From a virus: a stretch of DNA of 36,557 nt. Position numbers and translations under genes: made by a program. Below are positions 1 to 6,432 of the stretch, piece after piece. How positions within the stretch are numbered: position 1 is the first letter of the stretch; every line of letters starts with the position of its first letter. The notes beneath the pieces were generated by a model. That model was not told the DNA's origin, did not search any database, and worked only from the letters and a program-made list of their open reading frames with translations. The stretch lies in the IMG/VR virus record IMGVR_UViG_3300045988_075937. One strand, 5' to 3'.

Positions 1-119
1 ATTTTTTTTCGTCTGCGCTGTCCTTTGTGCGCCATCCAGCCTTCCTTTACGTAGTCGCTCCGGTTCACTCTGTCCCGGGATACCATGTCCTTTGTGTAGG
101 CTTTTTCTGCTTTCACCGC
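1..119. repeat. Terminal direct repeat, copy 1 (identical to 36439..36557); circular-assembly overlap
   Basis: Direct base-by-base comparison of both contig ends. Confidence 0.95.
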
Positions 120-206
120 AGCCGCCCATGCCTTGTACTTTTCGCACGTCCCATGGCACGCCGGGTGCCTTTCCGGACAGTCTGGTTTGCAGCACCATGT
201 GATCAT
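1..206 (-). CDS. 5' part of a wrap-around ORF encoding a Cys/His-rich peptide (MITWCCKPDCPERHPACHGTCEKYKAW...KGQRRRKK); it continues across the circle junction into 36438 and below
   Basis: The ATG at 206-204 overlaps the TGA of the upstream gene (ATGA coupling). A CxxxC..CHxxC pattern is present. The frame is the same as ORF 35295..36554. The true 3' end is uncertain (see findings). Confidence 0.5.
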   Translation of the reverse strand, partial: MITWCCKPDCPERHPACHGTCEKYKAWAAAVKAEKAYTKDMVSRDRVNRSDYVKEGWMAHKGQRRRKK

Positions 207-820
207 GCCGGTGCCTCCGGTTTTCCTTCTGCAGCCCAGTAGCCGTAGCTCAGCTCTTTTTTGCCTGCTTTCCGGGCCGCAGCGTTGTAAAGGCACAGCT
301 CATGCACATCTCGCTGCAGCTCGTCCGGCTTCTCAATTCCCGTGATCGGCGGCCTGCTCTTTTTCGGCACGCTGCTTCTGGCTCCCGGCGCATTGCGCAG
401 CACGCCCCGCCGTATCCTCTTCCGTGTCAGGCTGTAAATGCCCTGCGGCCTACAGTGCCCGGCATAAAAAACATTCGTCACGGTCTGTGTGTTCTTAAAC
501 AGTCCCTTTTCTACCAGCTCTGCGGCCGTACCTTCGTGCAACAGGTTTCCGTCCGCGTCAAACATGCTGTAAAACCATACCTTCCGCATCTGGGTGCCGG
601 TCCTGTGGTCCGGTTCTGCTTTCGGCTTTGGCTGCTTTTCTTCCCGTTCCAGCCGCCACTTTTTCGGCTTTGCCTTTTTCTTCTTCTGGTGGGCATAGCC
701 TGTGCATACGCTTTCAGCGCGGTTGTAGTATCCCTGTTCCATCAGCTCCTGCGGTGTGCCTTTTGCACGCAGTGCTCCGGTCTTTGCATCGTACAAACTG
801 TAAATGTATTGCTTTGTCAC
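203..820 (-). CDS. Hypothetical protein with internally repeated (I/F)YS(L/M)xDxxGxL..GT..EL motif (205 aa)
   Basis: The GTG at 820 overlaps the upstream stop (GTGA), with GGAGG 7 nt upstream. It is in-frame with ORF 203..1033. Repeats are seen at YIYSLYDAKTGAL, VWFYSMFDADGNLL and GIYSL. Confidence 0.6.
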   Translation of the reverse strand: MTKQYIYSLYDAKTGALRAKGTPQELMEQGYYNRAESVCTGYAHQKKKKAKPKKWRLEREEKQPKPKAEPDHRTGTQMRKVWFYSMFDADGNLLHEGTAAELVEKGLFKNTQTVTNVFYAGHCRPQGIYSLTRKRIRRGVLRNAPGARSSVPKKSRPPITGIEKPDELQRDVHELCLYNAAARKAGKKELSYGYWAAEGKPEAPA

Positions 821-1002
821 CGGCGCACCTCCTGCTGCGCATACCGGTGCTTTGCCGTCTGCCATGCTTCCTGCCTCCGCTTCAGTGGATTCACAACGTC
901 TTTCATGATCACCTCGTGTACTTCGCGTACCTGCACGCCACACTTTGCCGCCAGCTTCTTTTCGATCCGCTTGCGGGTCATTCTGTATCTGTCCTTGCTC
1001 AC
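817..1002 (-). CDS. Small basic hypothetical protein (61 aa)
   Basis: GTG start with GGAGG 6 nt upstream. GTGA overlaps occur at both ends (coupled operon). Confidence 0.55.
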   Translation of the reverse strand: MSKDRYRMTRKRIEKKLAAKCGVQVREVHEVIMKDVVNPLKRRQEAWQTAKHRYAQQEVRR

Positions 1003-1217
1003 ACTCTTCCTCCATACAGTTCAAACTCCGCACCGTCTTCGGTAATCAGCACCCCGCCATCCAGCGCTTTTGCCAGCTGCTGCAGCCTCTGGGCGCTCAG
1101 CTTTTCCAGCCCGCCGGGCTTGCACCATCGCCGCACATCAAGCGGCCTTGTGGCCAGCATCAATGCCAGCGTGCTTTCATTTTCGCCACGGTAGATCATG
1201 GCTTCCTTCAGCGTCAT
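999..1217 (-). CDS. Hypothetical protein (72 aa)
   Basis: ORF in the coupled early operon. Its start overlaps the stop of the upstream gene. Confidence 0.55.
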   Translation of the reverse strand: MTLKEAMIYRGENESTLALMLATRPLDVRRWCKPGGLEKLSAQRLQQLAKALDGGVLITEDGAEFELYGGRV

Positions 1218-1972
1218 CTTAAACGTCTCCTCTCCCAGCTTTCCGGCGCAGCTGCCTGCTGCAGAACCGCCTCGATCTTCTTTTTGATCTCACCCGGTGC
1301 CAGCACTGCCGTGCCTGCAGGCGCAGCGCAGCGGCCCATGGCTCCGGCCATGTTCCGCCGGAAGAAAGCATCTTTCTGTTCCTCATAGTCCCGGTCTGCC
1401 TGTTTTGCCCGCTCTTCGTCCGGGATGTCTTCCACAATAATGTCGTCGGTCTGCAAAGCGTCGCAGGCACATCTGCGCAGGTGTTCCATGGCAACATCCA
1501 GACCGTCCGCACGGCCCTCTTCATTCACCTGCCGGTAGTTGGCAAGAGCCTCCTGCTTCAATCGGTTCAGCCGCCCGGCACCATACCCCAACAGCTCCAT
1601 GCACGTCTTTGCGTATAAGGTCCATACCATGCTGGCGGCCACATCGCCCGCCATGCGCAGCTGCTGCTCCCGTCGGGTACGCGGTGCACGCAGCACCGGC
1701 ACCCGGAACTCCGGCTCCACGCCCTCCGGCATCCAGTTGTCCCGCATCGCCCTGCTCTGGTCGGTGCTGGGCATTCCTTTGCCGTTCGCCTGCATGGCAA
1801 TGTTCAGGCTTTCCAAGCCCAGCTCTTCGGCACGCAGCTCGATCCGGTTCAGTCGGTCCTTGCCCACACCAAAGCACTGGTGCAGCGCAATGATGATGCA
1901 CCATCGTGTCATTTCCGCAGTGCCGTCCCGCGTCAGATCCAGCTCCTGCCGCAGGTTCATTTTCTGCTTCAC
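1214..1972 (-). CDS. Hypothetical early protein (252 aa) with an internal duplication (..CFGVGKDRLNRI.. / ..LLGYGAGRLNRL..)
   Basis: The GTG at 1972 overlaps the upstream TGA (GTGA), with AAGGAG 10 nt upstream. Codon usage looks plausible. Confidence 0.65.
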   Translation of the reverse strand: MKQKMNLRQELDLTRDGTAEMTRWCIIIALHQCFGVGKDRLNRIELRAEELGLESLNIAMQANGKGMPSTDQSRAMRDNWMPEGVEPEFRVPVLRAPRTRREQQLRMAGDVAASMVWTLYAKTCMELLGYGAGRLNRLKQEALANYRQVNEEGRADGLDVAMEHLRRCACDALQTDDIIVEDIPDEERAKQADRDYEEQKDAFFRRNMAGAMGRCAAPAGTAVLAPGEIKKKIEAVLQQAAAPESWERRRLR

Positions 1973-2154
1973 TGCTGTTTCACTCCTTCCCGGTATTGCT
2001 CAAACAGTGCGATCCAGTCCTGTGTGCTCAGCTGTTTGTCCCGGCTCGCTTCGCTCAAAAGCCGGTATGCACTGCTTTCCTTGTCGGCCGGGTGTTGCCA
2101 GTCCAGCTTTTTCAGCTCTTCGGCCATCCGGGCACGGTATTCTTCTAAGATCAT
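1969..2154 (-). CDS. Hypothetical protein (61 aa)
   Basis: ATG with an AAAGGGA-type RBS, in the early operon. Confidence 0.55.
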   Translation of the reverse strand: MILEEYRARMAEELKKLDWQHPADKESSAYRLLSEASRDKQLSTQDWIALFEQYREGVKQQ

Positions 2155-2167
2155 CTTCGTTTCCCTT

Positions 2168-2386
2168 TCACGGCTCCCCGCGGTCGTTCATCCAGCTGGC
2201 AGCCAGCGCTCTGGCATCCGCCAGCTTGTCGCACAGCATGTTCACAGCGGATTCCTTCATCCACTCCGGCAGCCGGTCGGCCTGCAGCAGGGCCGCACCC
2301 ATGTCCCGCACAAGCTCTTCGCCGTGCTGCTCCATCCGCTGCCAGATCTCCGTTTCATCCGGTGTCATGTTCATCGGTGGCCGCAT
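2168..2386 (-). CDS. Hypothetical helical protein (72 aa)
   Basis: ORF immediately downstream of the 2388 stop, in the early operon. Confidence 0.55.
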   Translation of the reverse strand: MRPPMNMTPDETEIWQRMEQHGEELVRDMGAALLQADRLPEWMKESAVNMLCDKLADARALAASWMNDRGEP

Positions 2387-2387
2387 C

Positions 2388-2660
2388 TCAGCCCGCCTTT
2401 CTCCGGCTTTTCGGCTTCACCGTGTCCGCCGGGGCTTTGTGTGCCTTGTTGCCTTTCCTGCTTTCCTTGTCCGCACAGCAGCCAAGGCCCAGCATGGCCA
2501 GCGCTGCCGCCAGCAGCACCAGCGCCGCAGCGGCCCAGCCCAGCATTTCCCAGCCGTTCGCGCTGTGCTCAATGCCGCTGGATACCAGCAGCGCGCCAAT
2601 GGCCGTCACCATAGCTGCCATGTACCACAGGCTTGCCCGGATGGTTGCTTTCAGTTTCAC
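2388..2660 (-). CDS. Small membrane protein, two hydrophobic segments and a basic tail (90 aa from GTG 2660; alternative GTG at 2717)
   Basis: AGGAGG lies 8 nt upstream of the GTG at 2660. Hydrophobic stretches: WYMAAMVTAIGALLVSSG and LGWAAAALVLLAAALAMLGLG. Confidence 0.6.
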   Translation of the reverse strand: MKLKATIRASLWYMAAMVTAIGALLVSSGIEHSANGWEMLGWAAAALVLLAAALAMLGLGCCADKESRKGNKAHKAPADTVKPKSRRKAG

Positions 2661-2713
2661 TTGTGTTTCCTCCTGTTTCGTGTTAAACTTCTGGTGATAG
2701 TGGCTCAAAACTA

Positions 2714-2962
2714 TCACCCCGTAAGCTCGTCGGTGTTCGCTGCACCGGCGGGCTTTTTGTTTGTTCGGTCCAGCGCCCCCTGCTCCAGCGCCGCATTCTT
2801 GTCAATGCGCCACAGCCGCGGCCCCACCTTTTCGGCAGGCAGCCGCCCGGTGCGGCACATTTTCTGTACGGTTTTCAGGTTCACACCCATCAGCGCAGCA
2901 TACTGCGCCGGACTCAGATATGCCGGCAGCTGCCGCGCATCATAGATCCGCGCTTTTCTCAT
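2714..2962 (-). CDS. Excisionase-family / MerR-like helix-turn-helix DNA-binding protein (82 aa)
   Basis: The pattern LSPAQYAALMGVNLKTVQKMCRTGRLPAEKVGPRLWRI matches the excisionase-type HTH pattern. GAGGAGG RBS present. Confidence 0.7.
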   Translation of the reverse strand: MRKARIYDARQLPAYLSPAQYAALMGVNLKTVQKMCRTGRLPAEKVGPRLWRIDKNAALEQGALDRTNKKPAGAANTDELTG

Positions 2963-2977
2963 ATTACGCCTGCCTCC

Positions 2978-3394
2978 TCAATCCGGGCTGAAGGTCTGAA
3001 AATGGCATTCTTCGCCCGTCTCCTCCAACTCAAGGTTCCACTCGCTGCAAATGGTCTCGCTCACAGGCTTTGCAAAGCCGATCAGTTCTTCGCCCCGCGC
3101 TGCCATCAGCGCCGCCGTGCCCACAATGCCGCTCATGTAGCGGTACTGGTACAGATCTGTCGCCCGCTCGTTGAAGGGCAGCTCCTGCAGCAGTCCTTCT
3201 TCGTTCACAATCAGCTGGATGCTGTCCACATCCTCCCGCGCCCAGTTCGCTGCAAGGCAGCTTTCGGCGGTCTCAATGGGCCCGCCCACCAGCGTTTGCA
3301 GCGTTTCCAGTTTGCAGGTATCCCCGTCGTCGCAGCGCACAAGCCGCGCCTTCTGCTCCTCGTCCGCCGGGATCACGATCACATAACGTTCCAT
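2978..3394 (-). CDS. DUF3846-like protein (138 aa)
   Basis: ATG at 3394 with GGAGGGG 5 nt upstream. MERYVIVIP...LETLQTLVGGPIE...LIVNEEGLLQELPFN resembles DUF3846. Confidence 0.6.
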   Translation of the reverse strand: MERYVIVIPADEEQKARLVRCDDGDTCKLETLQTLVGGPIETAESCLAANWAREDVDSIQLIVNEEGLLQELPFNERATDLYQYRYMSGIVGTAALMAARGEELIGFAKPVSETICSEWNLELEETGEECHFQTFSPD

Positions 3395-3396
3395 GG

Positions 3397-3690
3397 TCAC
3401 CCCTCCGTTTTCATGTGTCCAGCCTTCTCTGCGTCCTCCGGACTGTAAAAATCGAATTTTTCTTCCAGGCACGCCAGCACCTTCTGCTGCATCGGCTCTG
3501 GCACGCCCGCCTGCCGCATCGCCATCAGGCAGTATCCCATGCAGGCCGCATTGCTCCACGGTTCACTCAGTCCTGCCAGTGCCTGCATTTTGTCGTTGTA
3601 TGTACCGGTAATGGTCTGCTCCCGTGCGCCATTCATAAGCGCTGCCCTCTGTGCCCGCCTCAGGCGGGCTTTTTCTTTGTTCTCGTTCAT
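3397..3690 (-). CDS. Hypothetical protein (97 aa from ATG 3690; a longer 127-aa version from ATG 3780 is possible)
   Basis: AAAGGAG lies 7 nt upstream of ATG 3690. A near-duplicate RBS-ATG box also precedes 3780. Confidence 0.6.
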   Translation of the reverse strand: MNENKEKARLRRAQRAALMNGAREQTITGTYNDKMQALAGLSEPWSNAACMGYCLMAMRQAGVPEPMQQKVLACLEEKFDFYSPEDAEKAGHMKTEG

Positions 3691-3786
3691 GCTCTCGCTC
3701 CTTTCATGCGCTCTTCTCCTCCTTGCCAAAGGCTTCCTCCCCGAGGGAGCTGTCGGCGCAGCCGACTGAAGGAGTCTCATGCGCTC

Positions 3787-3816
3787 TTGCTCCTTTCTGC
3801 CATCCTGTGTTACACT
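3787..3816 (+). promoter_or_regulatory. Candidate sigma-70 promoter for the nested plus-strand gene (TTGCTC-18-TACACT)
   Basis: Hexamers read directly; a weak match to consensus. Confidence 0.3.
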
Positions 3817-3840
3817 TCCGGTAGAAAGGATGTGTTTTTC

Positions 3841-4281
3841 TTGTTCAACTTTGATCCTCCAACGATCGCCGTTATCACCTCGCTCACCGCGCTGGTTTCT
3901 GCCCTTGCTGCGCTGCTTAACGTTGTTGTCGCATGGCTCACGGCCCGCTTCAACAGCCGTGCAGCCTATCGGTTGGAGTCCTCCAAGCTGTACTTCAACG
4001 CCCAGACCGATGCCTTTTCAAAGCTCATGTCTGCAGCGGCAGCTTTCCGCACTGACCCATCGGCCGAAAATGCTCTGCAACTCAACAGTGCACTTTCCTA
4101 CGCGGTACTTTATTGCAGTGAATCCAGCCGTGAAGTGATCAGTCGGTACGGTCAAGTGCTGATTTCTCTTGCTCACGACCATTCCGAGCAGTCCGCCATA
4201 AAACTCGCCCATGCTCAGGTCGCGGCGCAGATTGCTATGCAGCAGGAACTGTCAGCGCTGCAAACCATAAAGCTGAAATGA
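3841..4281 (+). CDS. N-terminally membrane-anchored helical protein (146 aa, TTG start) nested antisense within the early operon
   Basis: It fills the 545-nt gap between minus-strand genes. AAAGGA lies 10 nt upstream of the TTG. TM segment PTIAVITSLTALVSALAALLNVVVAWL. The C-terminal composition looks protein-like. A hairpin plus T7 lies downstream. Confidence 0.45.
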   Translation: MFNFDPPTIAVITSLTALVSALAALLNVVVAWLTARFNSRAAYRLESSKLYFNAQTDAFSKLMSAAAAFRTDPSAENALQLNSALSYAVLYCSESSREVISRYGQVLISLAHDHSEQSAIKLAHAQVAAQIAMQQELSALQTIKLK

Positions 4282-4411
4282 TTGCGGCCGCTACAGCACA
4301 CAGCACATAGGCGATCATTGCCATGTTCCAGCTTTTCTCGGCCGCACTGGCCGTTATCAGGCCAAGGCTCACCAACAGCAGAATAAACTCCAGAATAAAA
4401 CCTGCTATCAC
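4235..4411 (-). CDS. Small two-TM membrane protein (58 aa; MIAGFILEFILLLVSLGLITASAAEKSWNMAMIAYVLCAVAAAIISALWFAALTVPAA)
   Basis: My own translation; the ORF is below the track cutoff. GGGAGG lies 6 nt upstream of the GTG at 4411, and the stop is TAG at 4235-4237. Confidence 0.55.
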   Translation of the reverse strand: MIAGFILEFILLLVSLGLITASAAEKSWNMAMIAYVLCAVAAAIISALWFAALTVPAA

Positions 4412-4423
4412 TTTTCACCTCCC

Positions 4424-4445
4424 GCCCCTCTCCGGGGCTTTTTTT
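4424..4445 (+). terminator. Hairpin GCCCC-tctcc-GGGGC followed by T7, plus-strand orientation
   Basis: Read directly. The stem is short and all-GC. On the minus strand no U-tract follows. Confidence 0.45.
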
Positions 4446-4660
4446 CATGCGCTCTTCTCCGGCTGGGCGGATGAGTGAAACAGATATTCCATTCTCAACC
4501 CCGGAAAGAGATTGTTCCGAACTTTCTCCGCTTCCGGGTAAGTAAAATCTGTTTCTCCATTGATTTTGTTTCGTGCCGTTTTCTCAGAGCATCCAATCGT
4601 CGCCATAATGTCTCTGACAGTCAAGCCGTTCCTTTGCATTTCAGCTTTCAAATTGTCCAT
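4445..4660 (-). CDS. Cro-like XRE-family HTH regulator (71 aa)
   Basis: Divergent from the repressor gene. LTVRDIMATIGCSEKTARNKINGE forms an HTH. AAAGGAG lies 8 nt upstream of the ATG. Confidence 0.8.
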   Translation of the reverse strand: MDNLKAEMQRNGLTVRDIMATIGCSEKTARNKINGETDFTYPEAEKVRNNLFPGLRMEYLFHSSAQPEKSA

Positions 4661-4685
4661 TCAGCATTCTCCTTTCTCTGTTTTA

Positions 4686-4714
4686 ATTTTACATCCTAGT
4701 TTGGTAAAAGTCAA
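4686..4714 (-). promoter_or_regulatory. Early lytic promoter (TTGACT-17-TAAAAT) driving the cro-like operon
   Basis: Hexamers and the 17-nt spacer were read on the minus strand. Confidence 0.65.
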
Positions 4715-4718
4715 TCCT

Positions 4719-4730
4719 ATTTTGCAAAAT
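4719..4730. promoter_or_regulatory. Perfect 12-bp palindrome ATTTTGCAAAAT between the divergent promoters (operator candidate)
   Basis: Self-complementary by inspection. The same core recurs at 27268..27281. Confidence 0.4.
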
Positions 4731-4754
4731 TTTATATAATTCGGTAATTTGTTA

Positions 4755-4783
4755 TTGACTTGTTTTCTTTTCACTCTTATAAT
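4755..4783 (+). promoter_or_regulatory. Repressor promoter (TTGACT-17-TATAAT)
   Basis: Near-consensus hexamers with a 17-nt spacer, 30 nt upstream of the GTG at 4814. Confidence 0.7.
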
Positions 4784-4813
4784 AGAGCCATCAAACGAAA
4801 GGAGAATCTTACC

Positions 4814-5173
4814 GTGTGGCTTGAAAATCTCAACAAGCTGAAAAAGAACAGCGGTATGACGATTGAGCAGATTGCTCTTTCTTCCGGCGTTCCGAAGGGC
4901 ACGCTGAACAAGCTCTTTGCCGGTCAGACCAAAGACCCCCAGCTGTCCACTGTCTCCGCCGTTGTTCACTGTATGGGTTATACCCTTGACGATCTGTCAG
5001 ATGATACCGTCAGCGGTAAAGCTCACCTTACCCCCCAGCAGTCCGCGCTGCTGTCGTCCTTCGATCAGCTCAATGAGGAAGGCCAGCAGAAAGCTGTTGA
5101 CTATGTAGATGATCTGGTGCTCACCGGGCGCTATAAAAAATGTGCTGCGTCCGGCTTGGGCAAAGAAGCATAA
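4814..5173 (+). CDS. CI-like XRE-family HTH repressor (119 aa, GTG start); no S24 peptidase domain
   Basis: AAAGGAG lies 9 nt upstream of the GTG. MTIEQIALSSGVPKGTLNKLFAGQTKDP forms an HTH. Divergent from cro. Confidence 0.8.
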   Translation: MWLENLNKLKKNSGMTIEQIALSSGVPKGTLNKLFAGQTKDPQLSTVSAVVHCMGYTLDDLSDDTVSGKAHLTPQQSALLSSFDQLNEEGQQKAVDYVDDLVLTGRYKKCAASGLGKEA

Positions 5174-5216
5174 AAAATAAGCCGCCTTTCGGCGGCTGTG
5201 GTGTAGAGGTAATATC

Positions 5217-5933
5217 ATGCAGTTAAAAAAGCGGATCGTTTCTCTTGCGCTTGCAGCAATGCTTCTGGTTTCTGTGCCAATCTCGGCATTTGCCACAACA
5301 AAATTTAATCAGGGCGTTTTTGACGGACGTGATGATCTTCGTATTTCCACCGATATAATGACCGGGGAAACCTCAGTTGTGCCCACTGCTTTAGATGACG
5401 GGCAAATGATTATTCCCGTTCTCGATGCAGGTGCCATAATTACAGTTCAGCCTGGTATATTCTTGGATGATAGCAAAGATACGTTCATTCTGATGTTCGA
5501 TTATTTAGGCGGTGACTGGGCCAAATTGAACGGCATTATCATCAAAATCGGTGATAACCGTTACTCTTTCACTAACTGTTATTCTTCCCGTTCTATAGAC
5601 GACGGTTTTGCTTCCGAATACGTCGCGTTTTATATGAAAGATCAAACAGCTGGTATGATGAAAGATTTAGCTGAGCATCGCGACGATGAAATCACTGTAA
5701 GGCTTACCGGCTCTGCTAAATCCATAGATTTTGTCCTTACTGATACTGTCAAAAACACATTACTTGATATGTATGATTTGTATACTGCTGGCGGTGGTAT
5801 GCGTAGCGGCAACATGTATCAAATTTCCGAGTTTGATCAAGTGTACGTTGAAAAGAACGGAAAACGGGTTATTGGCAACGTTGTCACAACTGTTCTTGAT
5901 CTTGCCACTGGGCATACACCCGCCAATTTTTAA
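5217..5933 (+). CDS. Secreted protein of unknown function (238 aa) with a signal peptide
   Basis: KKRIVSLALAAMLLVSVPISAFA-TT is a Sec-type signal. GAGG lies 7 nt upstream of the ATG. The region is A/T-richer than the phage backbone. Confidence 0.75.
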   Translation: MQLKKRIVSLALAAMLLVSVPISAFATTKFNQGVFDGRDDLRISTDIMTGETSVVPTALDDGQMIIPVLDAGAIITVQPGIFLDDSKDTFILMFDYLGGDWAKLNGIIIKIGDNRYSFTNCYSSRSIDDGFASEYVAFYMKDQTAGMMKDLAEHRDDEITVRLTGSAKSIDFVLTDTVKNTLLDMYDLYTAGGGMRSGNMYQISEFDQVYVEKNGKRVIGNVVTTVLDLATGHTPANF

Positions 5934-6010
5934 CCTTTCTGGGCGTCCTGCCAAACGTAGAGTTTGGCAGGAACTATATTACCTATTCATAAATGAAAGG
6001 ATAGTTTTTT

Positions 6011-6187
6011 ATGATTCAACGTGTAACTTGTAGTAAGTGTGGTTCTCTTTTGCAGTATGATAACGCTTCTATCCATGAAGGCCTTCGGGATTTTGAAGAA
6101 GTCATCTGCCCGGTTTGTGGAAATGTCGTTGGCACAGTGTTTACCGATCTTCTGCCTGTTGCCGCTGTTGTTAAATCCGAAGGGTAA
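6011..6187 (+). CDS. Small zinc-ribbon protein (58 aa; CSKCG...CPVCG)
   Basis: My own translation; the ORF is below the track cutoff. AAAGGA lies 9 nt upstream of the ATG. Two CxxC pairs are present. Confidence 0.6.
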   Translation: MIQRVTCSKCGSLLQYDNASIHEGLRDFEEVICPVCGNVVGTVFTDLLPVAAVVKSEG

Positions 6188-6391
6188 ACTTCTTTATAGC
6201 ACTTAGAAATACCGCTAGCCGTTCTGCAGCTAGCTTGGGCGCAAAAGAAGCATAAAAAACAAGCCGCCTTGCCTTCGACCAAAGTAGCCCATTTATGTCT
6301 TGTTCATGAAGAAATCTTGAATTTTTATTGCTTGTCAAGCCCCAATTTTAAATTTTTCCGTTGCTCTCGCAACTTTTCGCTGTAAAAATTG

Positions 6392-6420
6392 TTTACAATC
6401 GGCGGGCCAAAGCGTATAAT
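6392..6420 (+). promoter_or_regulatory. Near-consensus sigma-70 promoter (TTTACA-17-TATAAT) upstream of the abi gene
   Basis: Hexamers and spacer read directly. Confidence 0.7.
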
Positions 6421-6432
6421 ACATGTAACGGA

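Noticed and set aside
4215-4448. 77-aa minus-strand ORF whose ATG overlaps the cro stop (ATGA).
   Set aside because: The translation (MKKSPGEGREVKSDSRF...CCSGRNHF) is not protein-like. A different frame gives a clean 58-aa two-TM protein with GGGAGG-6-GTG (4235..4411). The ATGA is part of the repeated boundary box.
5179-5197. Hairpin GCCGCC-tttc-GGCGGC after the repressor gene, considered as its terminator.
   Set aside because: No T-run follows it on the plus strand. The T-run is on the minus strand, so any terminator action would be against antisense transcription. It is too ambiguous to annotate as the repressor terminator.
6016-6282. 88-aa minus-strand ORF in the cargo region.
   Set aside because: It is antisense to the RBS-supported zinc-ribbon gene (6011..6187) and spans the repeat scar. 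It has no RBS and an odd composition.
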